A DNA stretch of 38,025 bases. It comes from Octopus bimaculoides. Its lineage: Eukaryota. Both the position numbers and the translations under genes were made by a program. The notes under the pieces are model-generated. The model did no database searches. It worked only from the letters and a program-made list of their open reading frames with translations, and had not been told where the DNA came from. Shown here in pieces: positions 13,162-21,635 of this stretch. Every line of letters begins with the position of its first letter. The stretch's first letter is position 1. The DNA lies in NCBI RefSeq assembly GCF_001194135.2, contig NC_068994.1, forward strand, positions 2,016,028 to 2,054,052, in the 5' to 3' direction.

Positions 13162-13306
13162 TATTTCTTTATTGCCCACAAGGGGCTAAACATAGAGGGG
13201 ACAAACAAGGACAGACAAAGGGATTAAGTCGATTACATCGACCCCAGTGCATAACTGGTACTTTATCTATCGACCTCCCCCGAAAGGATGAAAGGCAAAG
13301 TCAACC
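13162..13306 (-). mobile_element. 5'-truncated SINE variant with the same central block but a different 3' tail
   Basis: Shares CGAAAGGATGAAAGGCAAAGTC and GACCCCAGT..AACTGGTACTT; the tail ATTGCCCACAAGGGGCTAAACATAGAGGGGACAAAC differs. Confidence 0.8.
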
Positions 13307-13374
13307 GACATTAATACACATTAATATATATTCGTTACCTACATCGATTGTCTTGTTAATTTACTAGACTGAAT

Positions 13375-15843
13375 TCAAAAACTTACAAAATGTGGCAGTA
13401 AATTTAAAGATGAGGAAGTGTAACTTACCAGCAGAACTGATTGAGGTCTTTTGTCAATGGTTGATGTGGTCCATTCACTTTGTGACTCATATTGAGGATA
13501 AAATTCGGCTTTAGTTTCTATCAACTGAGTATTCCTGGCCATCATATCATTGGAACTCCTGTTTAGTGTGTCTGATTTCTTCGTAACGCATGTATAATGG
13601 CTTTTTTCTCGGTCGGAGTTGATTTCCGTGATATACTGGTTGTTTCGGTTATTGTTACATCTGACCACACACAGAGTTATGGACACTACGATCGCCACCG
13701 ACACTATCACAGCAGATGTGACAATAACAATGACCCAAGTTAAGTTGATCATTTTATCAGACTTTAACTGGACGGTGGACAGTGCTGGAGATGTCTTGTT
13801 ACTAACGGTCAGTGTCAAAGAGACAGTTGTAGTGGCTGACAGAACAGGAGTACCACTGTCTTTTACAGCAAACTCCAGTTGATAGGATCCAGCATCGTTT
13901 TGGTAAACTGTCCGAGAATATGATAAGACACCTGTATAAGGGTTCACTGCAAATAACTGTTTAATGTTTCCTTTGAGTATTTCATATCTGAGAAATGAAT
14001 TCATATGACTGTCCCTGTCTGAAGCCCTTAAAATAGTGATTTCTTTTTTACTTTGGGGATGATAATGGACATCTAAACTGAAAGGGTCCGAACTAGGGAA
14101 GGTGAAATAAGGGGCATTATCATTCTCATCTAAAACCTCAACAATCACATTGGCTGTGTTATTTAATGAAGGATTCCCATTGTCTTTGACAAATACTTGG
14201 AACTTATAAACATTTTGTTGTTCTCTATCCAGTGGTATAGTGGTTGAGATAAAACCATAATCAGTTATCTGGAATGGTATCACATGTTTGCTGGTACTCA
14301 GCAGAGAAAAAGTCAGTTGACCTCCAGCTCCCATATCAGGGTCAGTAGCATTTATAAAACCAATGGGAAAGTTTGGTTTCCCATTTTCATAAGTCAGAAA
14401 TTTAAAAGTATTTTTGTTAAACATAGGTTTAACATCGTTCACGTCCATTACTTTGATGGAGAACTTCTTTAGAGTTTGTAAAGGAGGGGTTCCTTTGTCT
14501 TGGCAAGAAATGGTAATATCATAGTGGTCCCTTATCTCTCTGTCAACAGGTTGTTTCAATGTCATTTTGTATTCATTAGGCCCCAAATCCAACAGTTGGA
14601 ATTTAGCATGATGCAGGTCACACTTCACTTCACCATTTTTACCCATGTTATTATCAATCACACTAACATAAGCTATAAAACTATCGATGTTGATTTTCTC
14701 TGAAATTTCCCCCACATTTCTGCTTAACTGAAACACAAAATTAATATCAATAATTGGTGGATTATTTTCTATGTTTACCACCTGAATATATACTAATGCT
14801 GTTGAACTGAGAGGTGGGTCTCCATTGTCTCGGGCTTCTACTAACAATTTGTACGTCTTTTTATGTTTAGACGTAAAGTTTTTGCCCAAATAAATTGCAC
14901 CTGATGTTTCATTAAGATGAAAATATTCTCTAGCAACTAATGAAGTTTCTGTACTGATCAGATATGTCAGCTGACCATTTTTACCAGAATCCAGGTCAGT
15001 TGCAGACAACACAATCAGGGGTCGGCATAGTTTATGGATATTATTCACTGAAGTGTTATAAATGTTTTGGGAGAAAACAGGCAAGTTATCATTCTCATCT
15101 GTCACCAATATTTGTACATTTAAGATGCTCTGCCTCAACTGGAACTTGCTGTTTTTGGCCACAACCTGAAGTATATAACTATCATTCATTTCTCGGTCAA
15201 GTTTTTTATCCAAAACAATTGCTAACTTTGAACTTCCAGTCATTCTTTTAGTAACTGATAAAGAGAATGGTTCATTATTCTTCTTCCGAAGCTCATATGT
15301 TATTCTGGAATTCTGAATGCTAACATCACGATCAATAGCACTGGGAACTGACCTCTCAACACCGTTGCGGTCATCTTCTGAAAACTGGATGTCAATTTTT
15401 TTCACTGGGAACTCAGGCCATTGGTCATTAATATCTTCAATGACAACTTTGACTTTTAATATTTTCATAAAAGTCCCCTCTTTACGGACAGCAATCTTGA
15501 GGATTTTGTAACATTCTGTATTATACAAACACAGAATCTCGGCATCTACAGTTTGTGTGGCATAAAGTTTCCCCTCATGGGTTACATTAAATAACTGGGC
15601 AGTGGGGCTGTCTTGTGACTGGAGCATGTCAAACGATATCAGGCTGTGGTCCTTCGATGCAATGTTGCTTAACAACCAAAGATCGGTAGCAATGTTTCCT
15701 ATGTAGCTGTCAGGACTATTCTCTTCTTCCAAATGGTAAGTGACATCAACGGACAGAGACACCGGGAAGAAGAAGAAGGAAAAGAAGAAGGAGTAGAATA
15801 GATGGAGTTCCAACCACATAACCAGAGATGCAGGCCTCTTCAT
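13375..15843 (-). CDS. Pcdh: Protocadherin (cephalopod-type; signal peptide, 6 extracellular cadherin repeats, TM helix, start of cytoplasmic tail). The true mRNA is probably spliced at 13429 or 13387 to exons not identified here.
   Basis: 822-aa uninterrupted ORF. Hydrophobic N-terminus (aa ~9-31). Cadherin motifs DINDQWPEF, LDRE, DENDNLPVF, ATDLDSGKNG, ARDNGDPPLS, VDRE, QDKGTPPL, DVNDVKPMF, ATDPD, LDRE, DENDNAPYF, KDSGTPVLS. TM aa ~701-727 (13663-13743). Ortholog or subfamily cannot be assigned without a search. Confidence 0.97.
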   Translation of the reverse strand: MKRPASLVMWLELHLFYSFFFSFFFFPVSLSVDVTYHLEEENSPDSYIGNIATDLWLLSNIASKDHSLISFDMLQSQDSPTAQLFNVTHEGKLYATQTVDAEILCLYNTECYKILKIAVRKEGTFMKILKVKVVIEDINDQWPEFPVKKIDIQFSEDDRNGVERSVPSAIDRDVSIQNSRITYELRKKNNEPFSLSVTKRMTGSSKLAIVLDKKLDREMNDSYILQVVAKNSKFQLRQSILNVQILVTDENDNLPVFSQNIYNTSVNNIHKLCRPLIVLSATDLDSGKNGQLTYLISTETSLVAREYFHLNETSGAIYLGKNFTSKHKKTYKLLVEARDNGDPPLSSTALVYIQVVNIENNPPIIDINFVFQLSRNVGEISEKINIDSFIAYVSVIDNNMGKNGEVKCDLHHAKFQLLDLGPNEYKMTLKQPVDREIRDHYDITISCQDKGTPPLQTLKKFSIKVMDVNDVKPMFNKNTFKFLTYENGKPNFPIGFINATDPDMGAGGQLTFSLLSTSKHVIPFQITDYGFISTTIPLDREQQNVYKFQVFVKDNGNPSLNNTANVIVEVLDENDNAPYFTFPSSDPFSLDVHYHPQSKKEITILRASDRDSHMNSFLRYEILKGNIKQLFAVNPYTGVLSYSRTVYQNDAGSYQLEFAVKDSGTPVLSATTTVSLTLTVSNKTSPALSTVQLKSDKMINLTWVIVIVTSAVIVSVAIVVSITLCVVRCNNNRNNQYITEINSDREKSHYTCVTKKSDTLNRSSNDMMARNTQLIETKAEFYPQYESQSEWTTSTIDKRPQSVLLVSYTSSSLNLLPHFVSF
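13381..13389 (-). promoter_or_regulatory. Second in-frame putative 5' splice donor after Phe819
   Basis: Minus strand TTT|GTAAGT, 42 nt downstream of the first donor, also phase 0. Confidence 0.4.
13423..13431 (-). promoter_or_regulatory. Putative 5' splice donor (phase 0) after Leu805
   Basis: Minus strand CTG|GTAAGT; the exon ends at 13429 on a codon boundary. Confidence 0.75.
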
Positions 15844-15876
15844 CTCCTCAGCTCCTGCTCACCAATGTTAACATTT

Positions 15877-15900
15877 CTGAAATGGCAAACATAAAAACCA
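15877..15900 (-). promoter_or_regulatory. Putative 3' splice acceptor opening the protocadherin large exon (exon starts at 15876)
   Basis: Minus strand reads TGGTTTTTATGTTTGCCATTTCAG|AAATG: pyrimidine tract plus CAG, 33 nt upstream of the ATG. Confidence 0.6.
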
Positions 15901-16460
15901 TACTTTAGACAAGGAGACAGACGTGTACGTTCGCGCGTATTGTACGAGTGTATGTGCGCAAGTGTGTGTGGGTGGGGTGGGGTCTGTGAGCGCGGATGAA
16001 CCACTGATTGTGTGCGTATATGAGTGTGCTTGTACACGTTTATGCACTGAAGCAGATGTGCATCTGTGAAAATGTGCATAAATGTGTGCGTGTGTGTATG
16101 AGCGCAGGAAGGCTGTCCTTTATCTTCAAGCAATTTCTGATTGATCATCTCTTTTTAGATCTATGTTTGGAACTATATTTAATGTAGTTCATTTTTTAAG
16201 ACATTGTGATATGATATGATTTTTCTTATGGCAATACAGAAGCTATTTCTGGCAGGTGAAATGGGAACGCTATACCATTTATATAATAGGGAACATATAC
16301 CATTAGAGTGGCTCAAACGATGTGAAGGTATGCAGTAGATTCAGTGAGGACTCCCTTGCTTAAAGTTATTCCCCTTGTAAGATTACCTCCCTTGTATTTT
16401 GATTAATCAAGCTTAAAAGTCGCCAATTGTCAAATTCAATATCAAGTCGAAAAAAAAAAA

Positions 16461-16489
16461 AAGGTGGTGAGCTGGCAACATCGTTAGCA
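16461..16489 (+). mobile_element. Extreme 5' fragment of the main SINE family
   Basis: AAGGTGGTGAGCTGGCAACATCGTTAGCA between A runs. Confidence 0.55.
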
Positions 16490-16926
16490 AAAAATAGCCG
16501 AACTTCCCAACAACAAGAACTTATGATCTCAGCAGCTGAACTGGTGGAAAGGACACTGCCAGACGGACTGGCTATGAAGGCACAACTCTAGCGTTATCTA
16601 CATTGAGGGCTATCTATTGCAGTCTCGTTGCCTGAGTCCGCATGTCACAATTGCCATGTACCACAGAAGATGTCTTGGCGACTTCGGTGTGTAGAGGGAG
16701 ATAAGCAGTCCCGTTCAGCTGACAACCAGCTCAGAGATTAAAACTGGGAAAGAACGGGGAATAGTGTCTAGATGTAAGGGAGATAACTGTTGTTGTACTG
16801 ACGCGATAACATTTAATGCGTGTGTGCAGTATCTTTGCGTATGTTTGTGCATGTGTTTGTATGTATGTGTGTGTGTGTTGCATATGTGTATGTGTTTGTG
16901 TACGTACAAAGTCTAATATTTTTAAA

Positions 16927-17070
16927 GACTCTGAACTGTCTGAGTCAGTAGAGCATCTGGTTACAAGCTCTGTGTCCATATTTGTTCTGGCTGCCCAGGT
17001 TGTGAGTTCAAGCCCTACCTAGGTCAACTGTACCCTTCATCCTCATGGGGTTCTTAAATAAAGGGTATTG
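16927..17070 (+). mobile_element. Old tRNA-derived SINE sharing the central block of the main family
   Basis: GAGTCAGTAGAGCATCTGG ... GTTGTGAGTTCAAGCCC (B box) ... GTCAACTGTACCCTTCATCCTCATGGGG. Confidence 0.55.
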
Positions 17071-17268
17071 ATTGGATGGAGATGTGACAGTAATCCCTGA
17101 GATAACCCTGGTACCAAACTGTAGAGAAAGGTGATTTCCATATATGGGTAGCAAAATGGTCTTGAACCTAGTCCAAACCTGCGTCATGGGAAAGAAGCAC
17201 GGGGAATATATACAGGGCTTGGGTTTGAACACTCGTAACGTTGGTCCCATCTACTTTCTGCTCAAACA

Positions 17269-17415
17269 GTGTAGTGTCATGTTTAAGATGTTCACTTTGC
17301 AGCCACTTGGTTCTAGGTTCGATTCTTCTGTGAGGCACCTTGGGCCAGTATTTTACCTCATAACCTCGGCTGAAGTAATACTTTATGGTAAATAGAAACT
17401 AGAAAGAGGTTTGTG
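17269..17415 (+). mobile_element. Diverged CORE-type SINE
   Basis: GGTTCGATTC B box followed by GGCACCTTGGGCCAGTATTTTAC. Confidence 0.6.
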
Positions 17416-17963
17416 TGAGTTGTTTTCACCAATGTATATGAAAGAAGGATCTAAACATTGGCCCCAGAACAGCTACATACACCCAACGTCTTTAGAAATA
17501 AGATACCTTCACCTACATCCACCTATACATACATCTTTTTGTCTTTATCATTATCAAAAATGTCGTAAATCAGTGACTGGTGGCGTTCTGTTATAAACCT
17601 GTATCTAACGACGCTAATGTTCACCTGTTGGGATTGAATAAATAAGTAAATAAATGGGTAACTGGTCAAAGCATCCAGATGGCTATTTAGTATGGTAGAT
17701 GGATGGAATGGTGCTCAGCCTTAGGTCAGATCTGATCTAGAAAACTTCAGGTCGATAATATTCTAACCATGACCATCACGTCGTATTAGGAGTATAAAAA
17801 GAATGTGGCTCCACAGACTTTCCCATTGCAGAACGTTCATGGATTGGTTGAGGTTCTTTCAACTTTCCTGTCGCTTAAACGTTGCAGCTAGATTTTCGAT
17901 CCCCAACGAGATTGATAAGATAATGATGCGATTGATTTTCATCAATATTTATCTGATCTCGGG

Positions 17964-18163
17964 GAATCGTTTGCATATCGGACAAAATGCTTAGCAGTAT
18001 TTCGTCCATCTTTGATATATTCTGAGTTCAAATTCCGTCTAGATCACCTTTAACTTTCATCCTTTCGGGGTCAATAAAATAAATACCAGTTGTGCACTGG
18101 GGTTGGTGCAATCGACTTAACCACTGCCTCAAAATTACTGGTCTTGTCTCAAAATTTTAAACA
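17964..18163 (+). mobile_element. tRNA-derived SINE (main family), plus orientation
   Basis: AAAATGCTTAGCAGTATTTCGTC...TTCTGAGTTCAAATTCCG...CTTTCATCCTTTCGGGGTCAATAAAATAAATACCAGTTG. Confidence 0.82.
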
Positions 18164-20064
18164 AATATGCGTCTGTTCTGGAACCAAGCAATTTGATGAT
18201 TAAATAGCAGGAATCAGAGGACACTGTCCACTCTATGATGCCATTTTAGTGGATTCCTTTGCCACAAGACATGCTTTTGTGTCATTCCTGAAAGTTCTAC
18301 CATTTTATCAGCAAAATCAATAATCATTTGCTAATATTCAATGTTATCAATTAATTAGTCTTCCATCAATTATTTTTTAACCCATTAGTGTCAACCTCTC
18401 CGGAAAATTCACCATAACCATTTTTGCCGTAAGAAAATTTACCTTTAGAAATCTCACCATAAAGGAGGCACACAAGCAAAATATAAACTAGAAAACAAGT
18501 TTCAAAGAAATTACCTTTCTCTAATTGGTAGGTTAATTAATGAAGTTGCCATTTTAAGAAAACTACTAATCTTTTTCTTTTTTTTCTGTAATTTATTTCT
18601 TTTTACGGAGAATTTTCCAAAAATGTCTACGATGAAATTTCCTATAATCGGTGCTTGTGGCCCTTTTAAGGAGAAAAAGGATTCTTTTGAGACAATTAAG
18701 GAGACAAACTAAGGAAAACTATATTGTTGGGAAAGGCCTATTGTGCTCCGTGAAACAATCTGCCAAATTAACATATGAGACATGACTGACAGCCTCTTCT
18801 CTTGTCTCCACTACTTTTCCTATTTATGTGTGTGTGTGAGTACATGTGTGTGTGTGTGGTGTATGTGCTTTGTGCTTTGACAAACATCTTCAGGTCTAGA
18901 GGCATTCTTCTATCAGCTGCAACAACTGCTGAGATGATAACTTTGTAGTCAGTCATCGGTGTGTTGCACCTAAACAATCAGCTCAGATCTGAGGTTAATG
19001 GTGACCTATAACCCTTTAGGTGCTGAAAAGTTTCCCATCAAGTCGAAAGTTAGCAATGATTCCTGCCTTCCTTTCTCTCCTTGTAAGTAATTGTGATCAC
19101 AAAGAAGAGAACAGTATTAAAATGCACAGCAGCCACAGCAGACAAGCTTGTCTGGCACCTACGCCATCGTCCCTTCTATCGAACTGGTATGGCTGACAAA
19201 ACTTTTTGAGGAAATCCTACAGAAGTTCTGTGATGAATGTATTAAAAAGTTTAGATCAATCCCCAAATATTGATTGACTAAAGATATTTGATTGGTCCAA
19301 AATGTGATGAAGTGGTTCTGATGCTGTTCTCCGTATGTCTGCTGAAATTGTTTTGTGATGACGTTCATGTTTACAGTGCCTCGGTTCCTAAAGAAGTCAC
19401 ACTTTGACTCTGAGACTGATTGAACCCATTCCATTTGAGATATCAAGGCAATATAGTTTCCAGTGACTACGCTCTAAAGGTGGCAGATTATAAGCTCAGA
19501 TAAACTTTGGTGGCCTTTGAAAGGCACAAATAGAGGTTCTGTCAAGACTTCCACCTGTCTCCACCCCTCCTAAAAAAATTTTTTTTTCGACACAAACCCC
19601 ACTTTTCAGCTACAGAGAATACAAATCTGCAAAAAAAAAAGGGGCAAAAATCAACATTTTTAAATCCACCCCCTCCCATTTCCTTCATTTTTTAAACTTT
19701 TTTCAGAAATTTTTTTTTCCCAAAATATGTGGGAAAATATGGAGATTTTGATTCTGAAAAAAATTTGCAAAAACTTTTGTAAAATTTTTTTTAAGAATTT
19801 TTTTCTTTTTTTTCTAAATATGCAGGAAAATACGGACTTTATGATTCAGGCAAACATTTCTGTAGTTACGGTTAGGGTTTTAGTTATTCCGACATCTTAG
19901 CCATTGCGACATCTTAGCTATTCTTCCATGTTTGGTCACCATTTCAACAATCAAATTAGTTTGTGGTTGACAATGATTGCATTGTCTTTCGTTCATCTCT
20001 CAGTAGACGCGGCACATGATGCATCCCTAAATTTTTTTCACGGTACTAACTTTTACAGTTACCT

Positions 20065-20265
20065 CCTCCATTACAATCTCCACAGATATCCAGACGGTAG
20101 TTTTCACGGATCACAACATCAGCAATTGCCATGTCATCGCCATCCATTGTCGTTGTGGAAGATCTTCCTGTCTTAGAATCATCTTCAGTGGAGGTTCTTC
20201 CAAACTTCATCATGCTGCTACAACTTCTGACATGATGGGTGCTTCTCTTTCAGACTTTTAAAAGG
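20065..20265 (-). mobile_element. Mariner transposase N-terminal relic
   Basis: Minus translation KFGRTSTEDDSKTGRSSTTTMDGDDMAIADVVIRENYRL resembles the mariner GRTS.EDD.RSGRPST linker. Confidence 0.65.
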
Positions 20266-20558
20266 CTCAGAGTCACACAGAACGAGGGAGGAGGAGGATA
20301 GAGAAGAAAGGAGACAGACAGACCCTTTAATGTGCATATATTGTATACGCATTTATACATATATTTACACACACAAATATGTATCTATGTATGTAATATG
20401 TCTACCTATCTATCTATATATATTTATGTGTGTCTGTTTGTGTTCTGTGCATTTACAATATTTCTGGAAGTTTCTTTTACTCTTTTTATGTTTTTTCCTT
20501 TCTTTTTGTTAGATTTCTTCTTATTTCAATATTTCTGAGGCACATCATTTTACTTTGC

Positions 20559-20732
20559 TTTCTTCTTCTTCTTCTTCTTCTTCTTCTTCTTCTTCTTCTT
20601 CTTCTTCTTCTTCTTCTTCTTCTTCTTCATCTTCTTCTTCTTCTTCTTCTTCTTCTTCTTCTTCCAATTCTTCCAATTCTTCCAATTCTTCCAATTCTTC
20701 TTCTTCTTCTTCTTCTTCTTCTTCTTCTTCTT
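20559..20732. repeat. (TTC/GAA)n tract containing four TTCCAATTC units (20662-20697)
   Basis: Direct reading. Confidence 0.97.
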
Positions 20733-21635
20733 TTGTTGTATCAATAACTGTAATTTCTCGTCTAGACAAATCTCGTTCTGCTTCATATAATATTCTCCCA
20801 CATATATATATATTCTCCCACATTGTTGCCTAGCAACACCAGGAAACATGGAAATATTGGTCACATGTATGTATTGGAATTGGTTGAATTTTCAAAATCG
20901 CCAGATTCTCCTCTTTTCTTTTATTTCCTTTCATTTTGTTACATATTTTTTGGCAGAAAAAAATATTCGTATTTAACTTTCAATATTTTTCATGCATTTA
21001 AACCATTTTTATAAATACTTTCAAATTGTTTTGTTGCTTTTCTAATAAAACAGCTTTTTTTATTTATTATCTTTACAATATTTTCTCTCTTTTCTTAAAG
21101 ATGTCTGCTTGTCTTCGTATTTGTATACCATAATATTTCTCTTTTCTTGCGCGTTCCTTTTCTTTTTGTGTTTTTATATCATCCTGCACATTACTTCTTT
21201 ATTTAGTCTACACGGTAATCGAAAAGTGGAACTGACAGCCAGACACTATCTATCTATCTATCTATCTGTGTGTGTGTAATTGAAATAAACATTATGTCAC
21301 TGTAAATATGATTATGTCGAAGTTGTTGGGGGATAACTATTATGAAAAACTAGACAACGAATTACAGTAGAAGCGTATAAATAAAATACCAAAATGGTTT
21401 ACAGATTTGCAGAAATATAGGAAACTAGAGGAGAATTAAAAGTCTCAGGAAATTATCTTAAAATAACTGAAGAGACTTAGAAAAAATGTACTGTTTTAAA
21501 GTTGGAACTGTAGCCGAAACAGTTACTCCATGTTGGAAAAAAAAAGATGATGCTTTGGTTTTCAATTATCTGGCTGACAAAAAAAGTGTTTTATTAGAAA
21601 AAATGGGAATACAAACACGGGAACACGTCTGACTT

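Noticed and set aside
13619-15251. Plus-strand ORFs antisense to the protocadherin
   Set aside because: Shadow ORFs of the real coding strand with no recognisable domains.
15985-16110. CGCT words recalling the vertebrate clustered-Pcdh promoter element (CSE/CTCF site)
   Set aside because: A 4-bp match with no convincing CTCF consensus around it.
19159-19446. 95-aa non-repetitive minus-strand ORF
   Set aside because: No recognisable motif or clear splice signals; left unresolved. BLASTX would decide.
20430-20864. Poly-Glu/Lys/Ser/Leu ORFs
   Set aside because: Translations of the (TTC)n tract.
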